Source: Candidatus Methylomirabilota bacterium
GTDB lineage: Bacteria > Methylomirabilota > Methylomirabilia > Rokubacteriales > CSP1-6
Direction of reading: 5' to 3'
Assembly: GCA_046726415.1 (NCBI GenBank)
Contig: JBKPAK010000103.1
Span: 1-64,000, forward strand
DNA length: 64,000 bases
The first letter of the stretch is position 1. Every line of letters starts with the position of its first letter. Shown piece after piece: positions 29,473 through 39,712 of this stretch. The notes under the pieces were generated by a model. That model had not been told where the DNA came from and made no database searches. It saw only the letters and a program-made list of their open reading frames with translations. The position numbers and the translations under genes were made by a program.

Positions 29473-30465
29473 ATGCCGTTCGCGTACTACACACGGCTGA
29501 GCCCATCCCAGCAGGCTGTCTACCGGCGAAGCGACGGCATCGCCGAAGTTCGGCTCCATCATCCCGCATCGCTCCACCCCCTCGTCGCGGCACTCGAAAC
29601 GGCGCTGACCGCGGAGGATCGCGCGGCCACTCAGGCGGCGGCCATCCGGCTCATCGGGGGCCTCACCGACGCCTTGGCGGCGCCGCCCGTGCGGGTGGAT
29701 GTGCTGGCCGCGCGTCCACACGCGGGCTGGGGGGAGCTGCACGGTCTGTACACTGCCGAGCAGGGACGGAGGCCACACATCCAGCTCTGGATGCGCACGG
29801 CGAAGCAGAAGCGCGTGGTGGCGTTCCGGACGTTTCTCCGCACGCTGCTGCACGAGGTTGGCCACCACATCGACTACACGCTGCTTCACCTCCCGGAGTC
29901 CTATCACACGGAGGGCTTCTACAAGCGGGAATCGAGCCTCTTTTACCAGCTCGTTCCCAGAAAGGACCCAGCCATGCCGACGATGGAAGAGTACGCCGCG
30001 CAGCCGCTCGCCGCCCGGCTGACCCGTCTCGGGCGCACGCCGGACGAGCTCGAGGCCGCTATCAAGGGGCAGAGCGAGACCGCGCTTTCTCGACGACCCG
30101 ATGCGAAGAACTGGGCAGCCAAGGAGATCGTCTGTCACCTGCGCGACACGGAGGAGCTGTTCAAGCAACGCTTCGATCAGATCGTCTTGATGGCCGAACC
30201 GAAGCTCATGGGGCCGGAGCCCGACCGCTGGGCCGAGGAGCGCCAATACCTGCGCAACGACGCGGCGCAAGCCGCCGCGGCGTTCCGGGCGCGCCGGCGC
30301 GACTCGCTGGAAACGCTTCGCAAGCTCAGTCCCGGGGAGCTTCAGCGGGCCGGTCTCTCGCCGACCCGCGGGCCCATCACCATCGACCAGTTCGTGACGT
30401 TGATGGCCTGGCACGACGACAACCATCTGGATCAGCTTCGGCGCGCCTTGGAGGGTCGTGCGTGA
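29473..30465 (+). CDS. HExxH metallopeptidase-like domain fused in frame to a DinB-family domain
   Basis: LLHEVGHHIDY...HTEGF in the N-terminal half; W..KEIVCHLRD...MAWHDDNH in the C-terminal half. Confidence 0.75.
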   Translation: MPFAYYTRLSPSQQAVYRRSDGIAEVRLHHPASLHPLVAALETALTAEDRAATQAAAIRLIGGLTDALAAPPVRVDVLAARPHAGWGELHGLYTAEQGRRPHIQLWMRTAKQKRVVAFRTFLRTLLHEVGHHIDYTLLHLPESYHTEGFYKRESSLFYQLVPRKDPAMPTMEEYAAQPLAARLTRLGRTPDELEAAIKGQSETALSRRPDAKNWAAKEIVCHLRDTEELFKQRFDQIVLMAEPKLMGPEPDRWAEERQYLRNDAAQAAAAFRARRRDSLETLRKLSPGELQRAGLSPTRGPITIDQFVTLMAWHDDNHLDQLRRALEGRA

Positions 30466-30549
30466 CTAGCTCGGCTCTCCACCGGCTGGGCACCCCTGGC
30501 TGCCCTGCCGCGGTCCCGCGATGTTTCTAACGGAGGGCGGGGGCGCATC

Positions 30550-30816
30550 TCACCGGGTGGTGATACCGCTGGGGCCGCTAGGACGCGCAGGTTCCGGCGG
30601 CTTTTCGACCTTCCCGCCGGGACTGACGGCGACCCAGCCCCTGCTTCGCATGCACGCCTCATCGAGCGCCGCGCCCTTGCTGCAGGAGGCGTAATCCCGG
30701 CGGAACTCCGCCACGGTAAAGCTTTCGTCGACCTTCATCCACTCCCTCTCTTGGGAGGCGCACGCACCGAGGCCGAGCGCGACACAGAAGGCGGTCAGCA
30801 TCATCAAGGTTCGCAT
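30550..30816 (-). CDS. Small putative lipoprotein
   Basis: Lipobox LGAC; Cys pair DYASC...DEACMRSRGW; TACAAT 6 nt upstream. Confidence 0.7.
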   Translation of the reverse strand: MRTLMMLTAFCVALGLGACASQEREWMKVDESFTVAEFRRDYASCSKGAALDEACMRSRGWVAVSPGGKVEKPPEPARPSGPSGITTR

Positions 30817-30859
30817 GCGGAGATTGTACGGCGGTCGGTGGGAAGCCCCAAGCTCTTCG

Positions 30860-31903
30860 TCACACGGCGAAGAGCACGTAGCCCACGCCGCCGCGCTCCA
30901 GCCACACGCGGCAGAACTCATCGCGGCGGTACCGGCGTCGCACCTCGCCGGACGACTCGGCCGCGGGATCATTGACGAGGACCTCGCGGCCCTCTTCGCC
31001 GGTGAGCACCACGAGGTGACCATCGGTCCGGCGGATGGCCGAACCCTCCAGTTCGCCCGTCCCGTAGCGGATCGAGGCGATCACGGGCCGTCCTTCGGCA
31101 AGGCACCACGCCGCCGAGGCCCAGTCGGGGAAGCGGAGAAGATATCCGCCGAGCCCTCGGCGGGCCGCCGCCTGAATGGCCGCCGGCCAGACGCCATAGC
31201 GGTCGAGTCCCCCGTGGAAGACCTCGGTGGCCAGGTCCGCGACGGCCGCCGGGCGCCGCCAATATTCCAACACCATGGCCACGCAGGTCGGCGAGCAGAT
31301 TCGATCGCGAATGCCGGGCGCCTCGTCCATTTGGCTGCGCAGGGGCACGCACAGTCTCGATGCCTGCGCCGGCTCCCTCTCCCCGATCGCGGACGGAGCC
31401 AGATCGCTCGCGGACAGCGCGAACATCGACGAACGCGAGAGCGCATCAACCGGGTGTACCCGCACCCGGAGGCGCACGCTCTCCACGGGCTCGGGGGCGT
31501 TGTACATATCGATGTCCACCTGCAGGGCCGGATCCGACGCGAGCGCTTCCGGGAAGATGGGTGGGCCGATCGTCGTGGTCGCCACCCAAGGTGTCCACCG
31601 CCTTCCCGTCAGGGCCGACAGCTCGAAGCGAAAGCTGCAAGGTGAAGCGCCGAGCAGGCTACAGGATGGGACCAGATGCCGAGAACCTCGCCGCGGTGTC
31701 CAGGTCGGAGCCTCCAGCACGGCGGTCTCTCCATCGACGGTGACCCGAGCCAAATCCACGGCCCGGCGACACTTCGGTGGAATCGCGCTGGCGACCATCT
31801 GCACGTTCACGTTCGCGACAGCTGCGAAAAGGTCGGTGAGCACTGCCGATCTCGGAGAGAAGGTTTTGCGGGGGGGTGGGCGAGCAACACTCGCCCACTG
31901 CAT
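30860..31903 (-). CDS. Peptidase C39-like family protein (start uncertain)
   Basis: SQM..ICSPTC.AM, GHLVVL.G, VNDPA (Cys-His-Asp). Confidence 0.8.
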   Translation of the reverse strand: MQWASVARPPPRKTFSPRSAVLTDLFAAVANVNVQMVASAIPPKCRRAVDLARVTVDGETAVLEAPTWTPRRGSRHLVPSCSLLGASPCSFRFELSALTGRRWTPWVATTTIGPPIFPEALASDPALQVDIDMYNAPEPVESVRLRVRVHPVDALSRSSMFALSASDLAPSAIGEREPAQASRLCVPLRSQMDEAPGIRDRICSPTCVAMVLEYWRRPAAVADLATEVFHGGLDRYGVWPAAIQAAARRGLGGYLLRFPDWASAAWCLAEGRPVIASIRYGTGELEGSAIRRTDGHLVVLTGEEGREVLVNDPAAESSGEVRRRYRRDEFCRVWLERGGVGYVLFAV

Positions 31904-32205
31904 CCCCCTGTTCTGGTTTCGCAGCGTGTCACTGCGCCGCCCGGCATGCGCCGGACGATTTGCGTTCCTCGCTGGGCGCCGCCTGGAGCCGCTAGCCTGC
32001 TCCCCGCGACGCGGCCTCCGAGCCCGGTGGCGTCTGTTCCATCTGACACCTCCTGGTTAGGCCTACCGACGACGGGCATTCCGCATCCGCCGTCAGTCCC
32101 CTTCTACGCCCGCCCATGTGCCGAGTCAAGCGCGATATGCGATCCCCGCGGCGAGGCGCAGTCGCACGAACACGCCATCTCGCGGATCACTCCCGACGGC
32201 GCGGG

Positions 32206-33219
32206 TCAGCGACCGGCCGACCCACTGGTGATCAGCACGGCCGACCCGGCGAACGCGCCGCGCTTGAGGCCATCGAGCGCGGTATGGGCATCGTCGAGGG
32301 AAAAGGTGGTCGTGGTGAGGCGGACGGGAATGCGGGCGGCCTCCTCCAGCAACGCGTCGCCGTCGGCGCGCGTGTTCGACGTCACCGTGCGGATCGTCCG
32401 CTCGAAGAACAGGTCGCGGTACTCGAGCGGGGGAACGGCGGACATGTAGATCCCGGCCAGGGACAGCGTGCCGCCCTTCTTCAGATTGCGAAGGGCCACC
32501 GGCACGAGTTCGCCAACCGGAGCGAAGATGATGATGCCGTCAGGCGAAACTGGCATGCGATCGACGAGCTCACCCGTCCAGACCGCCCCGAGACGCCGGG
32601 CCAGGTCGCGATGTGACGGCTCGCGCGTGCAGACGTAGACCTCGCAACCACGCGCTTGCGCCACCTGGACGGTGACGTGCGCCGACGATCCAAAGCCGTA
32701 GATTCCGAGGCGCCCTCCTGGCGGCACCGCGGCGAGGGTGAGCGCTCGGTAGCCGATGATGCCCGCGCAGAGGAGCGGCGCCGCCGCGACGTCGTCGAAG
32801 ACGGGGGGGATGGCGTAGGCGAACTGCTCGGGCACGGTGGCATACTCCGCGTAGCCCCCATCGTCGGTGTAGCCGGTGTAGGCCGAGCGCTCGCAGAGAT
32901 TCTCGCGGCCGATCTGACAGAATTCGCACGCGCCGCACGTCCGTCGGAGCCAGGCGATCCCCACGCGGTCGCCAGAGCGGAAGCGCGCGACGTGCGCCCC
33001 CACACGTTCCACATAGCCGACAACCTGGTGGCCGGGAATCACCGGCGCACGCGGGAGAGGGAGCTCGCCCTCGATGATGTGCAGATCGGTTCGGCAGATG
33101 CCGCACGCCACCACCCGGACGAGGAGCTCGTCGGCCGCCGGGGTGGGGACGTCGACCTGCTCCGCCATCAGAGGATACTCACCGATCGGCCGCGGCGCCC
33201 GCAGCACCATGGCGCGCAC
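32206..33219 (-). CDS. Zinc-dependent alcohol dehydrogenase family protein
   Basis: CGICRTDLH, PGHQVVG, CxxCxxC...C, APLLCAG. Confidence 0.93.
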   Translation of the reverse strand: MRAMVLRAPRPIGEYPLMAEQVDVPTPAADELLVRVVACGICRTDLHIIEGELPLPRAPVIPGHQVVGYVERVGAHVARFRSGDRVGIAWLRRTCGACEFCQIGRENLCERSAYTGYTDDGGYAEYATVPEQFAYAIPPVFDDVAAAPLLCAGIIGYRALTLAAVPPGGRLGIYGFGSSAHVTVQVAQARGCEVYVCTREPSHRDLARRLGAVWTGELVDRMPVSPDGIIIFAPVGELVPVALRNLKKGGTLSLAGIYMSAVPPLEYRDLFFERTIRTVTSNTRADGDALLEEAARIPVRLTTTTFSLDDAHTALDGLKRGAFAGSAVLITSGSAGR

Positions 33220-33225
33220 GCCACG

Positions 33226-34158
33226 CTACTCGCCGGCCCGGGCGAGAATCTTCTGCGCCCGCGTGAGATGCGGAGCGTCGACCATCATTCCCCTGAATCG
33301 GAAGGCGTAGATACCCTGACGGGCGTGCTCCGCGAAGGCCTGCACCAACGCCCGGGCCTCCGCGATCTCGTCGGCCGCCGGGGTGAAGACCTCATTGATC
33401 ACGGGAAGCTGGCTCGGGTGAATGGAGATCTTCCCCACGAAGCCCATGGCCACGCCTTCCTCGCACTCACGGCGGAGGCCATCGAGATCGGCGATCTCCG
33501 TGTACACGGTGTCGATGGCCTGAACCCCGGCGGCCGCCGCCGTCACCGCGCACATCACGCGCGCGTAGCGCGGAACGTCGAGGAAGCGCCCCTGGGCGTC
33601 GCGGACGCGCCCCAGCGCCATGGCCGCGCCGAGATCCTCCACGCCCCAGCCGATGGCGACGATCCGCGAGCTGGCCGCCGTCGTGTCCCGGATGTTGAGG
33701 AGTCCCTCCGGTGTTTCGGTGGCGATCAGGAGGAGCTTAGTGCTGCCGTTGGGGATGCCGTGCTGATGCTCGAGGCGGTCCAGCAGGTGCGCGATCTCGC
33801 GAACGTCGGCTGCGCGGTTCGGCTTGGGGACGACGTAGCCGTCGGGACGGGCCTTGATCGTCTCCTCCAGGTCGCCCCGACCGAGGCCGGTCCCCAACGG
33901 ATTCATGCGCACCCATCGCTCCCGGCCACCGAAACTCAGCTCCCCGAGCCACCGGGCCACGATGGGGCGTGTCGCCACCTTGCGGTCGGGTGGAACGGCA
34001 TCCTCCAGGTCGAGGATCAGACCGTCCGCGGGAAGGGTGACGGCCTTGTCGATCATCTTCTCGTTGCCGCCCGGCACGAAGTGGACCGACCGGCGGCGCC
34101 GGTTGCTCGCGTCCGGCGCTTCGCTGCTGCGCGCGAGGCCGGGCCCCGGAGGGGTCAT
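33226..34158 (-). CDS. CitE/HpcH family CoA-ester lyase
   Basis: [32 protein letters not shown]. Confidence 0.92.
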   Translation of the reverse strand: MTPPGPGLARSSEAPDASNRRRRSVHFVPGGNEKMIDKAVTLPADGLILDLEDAVPPDRKVATRPIVARWLGELSFGGRERWVRMNPLGTGLGRGDLEETIKARPDGYVVPKPNRAADVREIAHLLDRLEHQHGIPNGSTKLLLIATETPEGLLNIRDTTAASSRIVAIGWGVEDLGAAMALGRVRDAQGRFLDVPRYARVMCAVTAAAAGVQAIDTVYTEIADLDGLRRECEEGVAMGFVGKISIHPSQLPVINEVFTPAADEIAEARALVQAFAEHARQGIYAFRFRGMMVDAPHLTRAQKILARAGE

Positions 34159-34607
34159 GGCGGGCGCTTCCGCATCATGGCCTGCCGCCGCGTCCGCATG
34201 ACGATGTCGCCGTGCTGGTTGCGGGCGATGTGCTCGAAGGTGACAATGCCCCACTGCGGACGCGACTTCGACTCGCGCTTGTCGACGATGCTCGTCTCCG
34301 CATAGATGGTGTCGCCGTGGAAGACGGGCTTGGGGAACTCCACCTTCTCGAAGCCGAGATTGCCGACCGTCGTGCCCAAGGTCGTCTCGCCGACCGACAG
34401 GCCCACCGCAACGCCGAGGGTGAGCAGGCTATTGACGAGGGGCTTGCCGAACTCCGCCTTCGCGGCAGCGTGAAAGTCCAGGTGGAGCGGCTGGGGGTTC
34501 ATGGTCATGGTGGTGAAGAAGACGTTGTCGGCCTCGGTGATCGTCCGGCCCGGCTGGTGCGCGAAGCGCTGCCCCACCTCCAGCTCCTCGTAGTACTTGC
34601 CCGCCAT
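34155..34607 (-). CDS. MaoC family dehydratase
   Basis: [35 protein letters not shown]. Confidence 0.92.
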   Translation of the reverse strand: MAGKYYEELEVGQRFAHQPGRTITEADNVFFTTMTMNPQPLHLDFHAAAKAEFGKPLVNSLLTLGVAVGLSVGETTLGTTVGNLGFEKVEFPKPVFHGDTIYAETSIVDKRESKSRPQWGIVTFEHIARNQHGDIVMRTRRQAMMRKRPP

Positions 34608-34759
34608 CCAGATCCTCCCACCAGGCGAGCGCAGTTCCGCGTACCAATCGCTCGCCACCCGCGGTTCATGCCCGGTACGGGGTTCGTTCGTCGCCGCGCT
34701 TAGCCTACCGCCGCGGTGCCGAGGCGGACAAGGGCCGCTCCCGTGTAGAATGACGGGCC

Positions 34760-35968
34760 ATGGCGGACCGATACGACCTCGCGATCGTGGGCGGCGGCAT
34801 CGTGGGCCTCGCCACCGCGCGCGCTCTGGTCGAGCGGGCGCCGCGCGCCCGCATGGTCATCCTCGAGAAGGAGGATCACGTCGGCGCCCATCAGACTGGT
34901 CACAATAGCGGCGTCATCCACTCCGGCATCTACTACAAACCGGGCTCCTACAAGGCCAGACTCTGCGTGGAGGGCAAGAATCTGATGTATGCCTTCTGCG
35001 AGCAGCACGGCATCAAGGTGGAGCGCTGCGGGAAGGTGATCGTGGCCACCACCGAAGAGGAGTTGCCGCGGCTCACGATGATCTACGAGCGCGGTCAGGC
35101 CAACGGAGTGCCCTGCGAGCTGATCGAGCGCGATCGGCTACGGGAGCTGGAGCCCCACGCCAACGCGCTCCGAGGGATCCATTCGCCCACCACGGGCATC
35201 ATCGACTACAAGGAAGTGGTATCCGCGCTCATGGGCGAGCTGGTGGCGAGCGGTGTGGCGCTCGAGACCCGAGCGGCCGTCCAGCAGATCGCCCACACCC
35301 GCGACGGGCTCGTGCTCGTGACCCCACGGCTCATGGTGCAGGCGCGGCATCTCGTGAACTGCGTCGGCCTGCATTCGGACCGGGTGGCGCGGCTGGCCGG
35401 CGCGGAGCCGGACGTGCAGATCATACCCTTCCGGGGCGAGTACTACATGATCCGACCGGAGCGCCGCCACTTGGTGCGCACGCTCATCTACCCGGTGCCG
35501 GATCCCGAGTTTCCCTTCCTCGGCGTGCACTTGACTAATACGATCCACGGTGAGCTGGAAGCCGGTCCCAACGCCGTGCTGGCCTTGGCCCGCGAGGGTT
35601 ACGGCTGGACCACGGTGAGCCTCGGCGACCTCGGGGACACGCTCAGCTATCTCGGCTTCTGGGCCATGGCGCGCCGCTACTGGAAAATGGGGGGCTTCGA
35701 GATCTATCGCTCGCTCAGCAAGCCGGCCTTCGTGCGCGCCCTGCAGCGGCTCGTACCCGACCTCCAATCGGACGATCTCGAGGGCGGTGGGGCGGGTGTG
35801 CGCGCGCAAGCGGTGAGCCCCGACGGGTCGCTGGTGGACGACTTCCGCATCGTCACCGGGCGGAACGCCATCCACGTGCTCAACGCGCCGTCGCCCGCGG
35901 CCACCGCCTCGCTGGCCATCGGCCGCCAAATCGCGGGCCTCGCCGCGGAGACGTTCAGCCTGGGCTAA
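34760..35968 (+). CDS. lhgO: L-2-hydroxyglutarate oxidase
   Basis: [49 protein letters not shown]. Confidence 0.9.
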   Translation: MADRYDLAIVGGGIVGLATARALVERAPRARMVILEKEDHVGAHQTGHNSGVIHSGIYYKPGSYKARLCVEGKNLMYAFCEQHGIKVERCGKVIVATTEEELPRLTMIYERGQANGVPCELIERDRLRELEPHANALRGIHSPTTGIIDYKEVVSALMGELVASGVALETRAAVQQIAHTRDGLVLVTPRLMVQARHLVNCVGLHSDRVARLAGAEPDVQIIPFRGEYYMIRPERRHLVRTLIYPVPDPEFPFLGVHLTNTIHGELEAGPNAVLALAREGYGWTTVSLGDLGDTLSYLGFWAMARRYWKMGGFEIYRSLSKPAFVRALQRLVPDLQSDDLEGGGAGVRAQAVSPDGSLVDDFRIVTGRNAIHVLNAPSPAATASLAIGRQIAGLAAETFSLG

Positions 35969-36013
35969 TTCCGTGGTCTGCCTCGCCGAGATCGCTGACG
36001 GCCTCCGCTGGCG

Positions 36014-36832
36014 GTGAGTGCCGTGCGCCTCGAGCGCGTCCTCGACGCTCTCGACCCGCGCCTGGCCGACTTCCGGGCATCGAAAGGCTCCGATCACCGC
36101 GAGCGGGGCATCTTTGTCGTCGAGGGGCGGTTCGCCGTCCGCCAGCTCCTGCAAACGCCGCGCTTTGCCACGCGATCCGTGCTCACCACCGAAGCGATGC
36201 TGGAGGGACTGCTCGATCTCCTGGAAGGTGGGTCGACGGCGCGCCCCGTCCTGGTCGCGTCGCACGCGATCATCCGCGCGGTCGTGGGCTTTGCGTTCCA
36301 CCGCGGCTGCCTTGCCGTCGGCGAGCGATGCGCTCCAGTCAGTGCGGCGGAGCTGATCGAGCCACCGGGACCGCGGACGATTCTCGTGCTGGAGGCTCTG
36401 GTCGACCCCGAAAACGTCGGCGCGGTGTTCCGCAACGCCATGGCCTTCGCCGCCCACGCCGTGCTTCTCTCGCCAGGTTGCGGCGACCCGCTTGGCCGCA
36501 AGGCCATTCGCGTGAGCGCGGGCGGTACCCTGCGCGTCCCCTTCGCGACCCTCGACGACTGGCCCGATGGAATCTCCGGGCTCCGGGCATCCGGGTACGA
36601 CCTGATCGCGCTCACGCCGGACGGCGCAATGAATCTGGCTCAGCTCGGTCGCGCTCACCCGCTCGGCTCTCGCGTGAGCATCCTTCTCGGCAACGAGGGA
36701 AGCGGCCTGAGCCAAGCCGCTCGGAAGGAAGCGACACTGACCGTCCGCGTCGCCATGGCCACCGGCGTTGACTCACTCAACGTGGCCACCGCGTGCGGGA
36801 TTGCTCTGTATCATCTAAGCTGGGGGGCCTAG
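36014..36832 (+). CDS. TrmH/SpoU family RNA methyltransferase
   Basis: DPENVGAVFR, GNEGSGLS, DSLNVA. Confidence 0.9.
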   Translation: MSAVRLERVLDALDPRLADFRASKGSDHRERGIFVVEGRFAVRQLLQTPRFATRSVLTTEAMLEGLLDLLEGGSTARPVLVASHAIIRAVVGFAFHRGCLAVGERCAPVSAAELIEPPGPRTILVLEALVDPENVGAVFRNAMAFAAHAVLLSPGCGDPLGRKAIRVSAGGTLRVPFATLDDWPDGISGLRASGYDLIALTPDGAMNLAQLGRAHPLGSRVSILLGNEGSGLSQAARKEATLTVRVAMATGVDSLNVATACGIALYHLSWGA

Positions 36833-36975
36833 CCCGGGCCCCCCAAGCCCCCCCCCGACGCTCGGGGCGGCCCGGCGGAGCCGTGCCGCCCCTCGAGCAC
36901 GCGCCAGCTTGGCGGGCCTGACGATGCCCCCCAACCCCTCCGCGCCGCGCCCCGGGAAACCCGGAGCGCTCGTCG
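36821..36975. repeat. Cluster of GC-rich palindromes between convergent genes
   Basis: GGGGGCC..GGCCCCC, GGGGCGGC..GCCGCCCC and CCGGGAAACCCGG stems. Confidence 0.55.
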
Positions 36976-36984
36976 ATTCGCGAA

Positions 36985-38718
36985 TCAGGCCTTCTCGACC
37001 ATGTAGATGTGGGTGAGCATGTCGAAGTAGATGTTGCCGTCGACCACCAGCTCGCCCTGCCGGTTCTTCTCGAGGCCGCGCACGGGGGGCTTGGCCGCCG
37101 CGTAGCGCACGACCCACGCCACCGGCACGTAGCCGGCGTCAGTCTGCAGGATCTCCTCGGCCTTGGCGTAGTGTTGCAGGCGTTTCTTGGGATCGCGGGT
37201 GTCCCGCCCCGCCTCCAGCTCCCTGTCGAAGGCGTCGTTGACCCACGCCTGGCGCTTCCCGGTGGTCTTTTTGCCGTAGAACGTGTCGAAATACTCGTTG
37301 TGCGGATCCGGGTAGTCCATGAACCAGCGGATCCACACGAACTGGTGTTCCTGCTTCCACAGGCGCTCGCGGAACACGCGCTGCTCGAGCACCTCGAGGT
37401 CGGTCTTCATGTTGAGATGCTCCAGGAGCACCGACTGCACAGCCTCGGCCAGGGGCTTGGAGCCAAGGCCCTCTTCTCGCATCGAGAGCGTGATCTTCGG
37501 CCAGTTGCGGCCACCCTCGAAGGGCGTGCCCTTGAGCTGGGCCAGGGCGGCCTTCGGATCAAAGCGCTGGATGTCCCGGATCTTCTTGTCGTCGAGCGCG
37601 CCCGGAAAGCCCGGCGGGATCATCGCGTGGGCCGGGATGGCAAAGCCCTGCGAGACGCGCACGATGTTCTCCCGGTCGATGGCGTGGCCCACCGCGCGCC
37701 GCACCTTCACGTTGTCGAAGGGCGGCTTGGTCACCTGGGGCAGGAGGTACCACGTGCCGGGGAACGGATAGCGGAAGACCTCCTTGCCGGTGCGAGCATC
37801 GCCCTGGAGCCGCTTGAGATCGGCCGTCTGCAGGGCGGTCAGATCGATCTCGTTGTTCTCGTACGGCAGGGCCCCGGAGGCTATCGGGATGATCGGGATG
37901 ACCGCCTTCTCGAGCGTCATGTCCTTGGCGCCGAGGAAGTGCTTGTTCTTCTTGAGCACCATGACTTTGTTGTGCTCCCAGGACTCGAGCACGAACGGTC
38001 CGTTGCAGACGATGTTGGCGGCCTCCGTCCACTTGTCGCCGAACTTCTCGATAGAGGCCTTGTGGCCGGGGAGGGCCGCCAGGTACGCGGCCAGCACGGG
38101 GAAGTACCCCCGTGGCCCCTCGAGGGTGACCTCGAGCGTCCAGTCGTCTTTGGCGCGGATGCCAACCTGCCCGGGGTCGGTGACTTGCTTCTTGTTGAAG
38201 GCCTCTGCGTTCTTGATGTCGTACAGGAACGACGAGTACGGAGCGGCCGTCGCCGGGTCGAGCTGGCGCTTCCAGGAGTACTCGAAGTCGCGCGCGGTGC
38301 ACGGACCGCCGTCTGACCACTTCGAATCCCTGCGAATGGCGAACGTCCAGACCGACCCCTCCGCGTTCGACGTCACCTTGCTCGCCACGTAGAGGACCGG
38401 TTCGAAGTTCGCGGTGCACTTCATGAGGCCGGCCCACAGGGCGGGCACGCCAGCGCAGTACAGGTCCTTGTTGAAGTCGTGGCTCGACGGGTCGTTTTGC
38501 CACCAGCCACCGCCGCCCAGGCGGAGGGTCTGATCTCTGGCCAGCTTCTCGCCTGGAGCGAGCTTGGGCTGGGCGATGGCTGGCCTGGTGTTGAAGCCGG
38601 CCGGTCCCAGGGCGGCCAGGGCCGCCGCGATCTTGAGGAAGGTGCGCCGGTCCACCCCGGCCGCGGACGAGCGCCGCTCGAGCAGATCGAACTGCCGGTC
38701 GGAGATATGAGGCGTCAT
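36985..38718 (-). CDS. Peptide ABC transporter substrate-binding protein (OppA-like, Tat signal)
   Basis: RRTFLK twin-arginine motif, KWSDG, FEYSWKR, NGPF. Confidence 0.92.
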   Translation of the reverse strand: MTPHISDRQFDLLERRSSAAGVDRRTFLKIAAALAALGPAGFNTRPAIAQPKLAPGEKLARDQTLRLGGGGWWQNDPSSHDFNKDLYCAGVPALWAGLMKCTANFEPVLYVASKVTSNAEGSVWTFAIRRDSKWSDGGPCTARDFEYSWKRQLDPATAAPYSSFLYDIKNAEAFNKKQVTDPGQVGIRAKDDWTLEVTLEGPRGYFPVLAAYLAALPGHKASIEKFGDKWTEAANIVCNGPFVLESWEHNKVMVLKKNKHFLGAKDMTLEKAVIPIIPIASGALPYENNEIDLTALQTADLKRLQGDARTGKEVFRYPFPGTWYLLPQVTKPPFDNVKVRRAVGHAIDRENIVRVSQGFAIPAHAMIPPGFPGALDDKKIRDIQRFDPKAALAQLKGTPFEGGRNWPKITLSMREEGLGSKPLAEAVQSVLLEHLNMKTDLEVLEQRVFRERLWKQEHQFVWIRWFMDYPDPHNEYFDTFYGKKTTGKRQAWVNDAFDRELEAGRDTRDPKKRLQHYAKAEEILQTDAGYVPVAWVVRYAAAKPPVRGLEKNRQGELVVDGNIYFDMLTHIYMVEKA

Positions 38719-38740
38719 CGCGTGGACTCCTTTCCTGCGC

Positions 38741-39712
38741 TCATTTCAGTCTTGGGTCGAGGGCGTCGCGCACGCCGTCGCCGAGGAAGGTGAACGACAG
38801 CATGGTGATGGCAATGGCAATCGACGGGAACACGCACAGATGCCAGGCCGACCTCAGATACTGCTGCCCCTCGCCGACCATCTGGCCCCACGAGGGGGTG
38901 GGGGGATTGATGCCCACGCCGATGAAGCTGAGCGCCGCCTCCGTAAAGATAGCCTCCGGGATGCCAAAGGTGACGGCGACGACGATGGGCGTCAACGCAT
39001 TCGGCAGGATGTGGCGGAGCAGCAAGCGGCCGGACCGCGCCCCCAGTGACCGGGCGCCCTCCACGAATTCCTTGGCCCGGATGGCGAGGACCTGCGCGCG
39101 CGTCTGGCGGGCGATCCCCACCCAACCGGTGAGGCCGATGGCGATGAAGATATTCGTCAAGCCCGCACCCAGCATGGACATCACGAGGATCACGAAGAGC
39201 AGACGCGGAAACGCGTACATCACGTCGATGAACCGGGTGAGCAGCAGATCGGTCCGCCCACCGACGTAGCCGGACAGCGCGCCGATGGGAACGCCGATGG
39301 CCACCACGATCAGCTGCGCGCCGAGACCCACGAGCATCGACACGCGGGCCCCGTAGATCATGCGCGAGAGCATGTCCCGGCCGAGATTGTCGGTGCCCAG
39401 CGGATAGTCGTGGGTCGGCCCTTCGTTCAGCCGGCCGAAGTTGGTCTTGGTGTACGAGTACGGGGCGAGCACGTCCGCGAAGATGGCGACGAGGACCAGC
39501 AGAATGACGACGACCCCGCCCCCCACGGCCAGCCGGTTCCGGAGGAGTCGGCGAAACGCATCGCGCCACAGGCTGCTGGAGCGGGTGGCCCCGCCGGTGG
39601 CCTCGTCGGCGATTGAGCGCGGGCTTTGCCCGCGCAACTCCTCGACGGGATGGGACGGGGGGCGCAGCCCCCCTCCGACGTTAGTACCGGATGCGGGGGT
39701 CGAGAGCGCCAT
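38741..39712 (-). CDS. ABC transporter permease (OppC family)
   Basis: SLWRDAFRRL.RN, LGTDNLGRD, DALDPRLK. Confidence 0.92.
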   Translation of the reverse strand: MALSTPASGTNVGGGLRPPSHPVEELRGQSPRSIADEATGGATRSSSLWRDAFRRLLRNRLAVGGGVVVILLVLVAIFADVLAPYSYTKTNFGRLNEGPTHDYPLGTDNLGRDMLSRMIYGARVSMLVGLGAQLIVVAIGVPIGALSGYVGGRTDLLLTRFIDVMYAFPRLLFVILVMSMLGAGLTNIFIAIGLTGWVGIARQTRAQVLAIRAKEFVEGARSLGARSGRLLLRHILPNALTPIVVAVTFGIPEAIFTEAALSFIGVGINPPTPSWGQMVGEGQQYLRSAWHLCVFPSIAIAITMLSFTFLGDGVRDALDPRLK

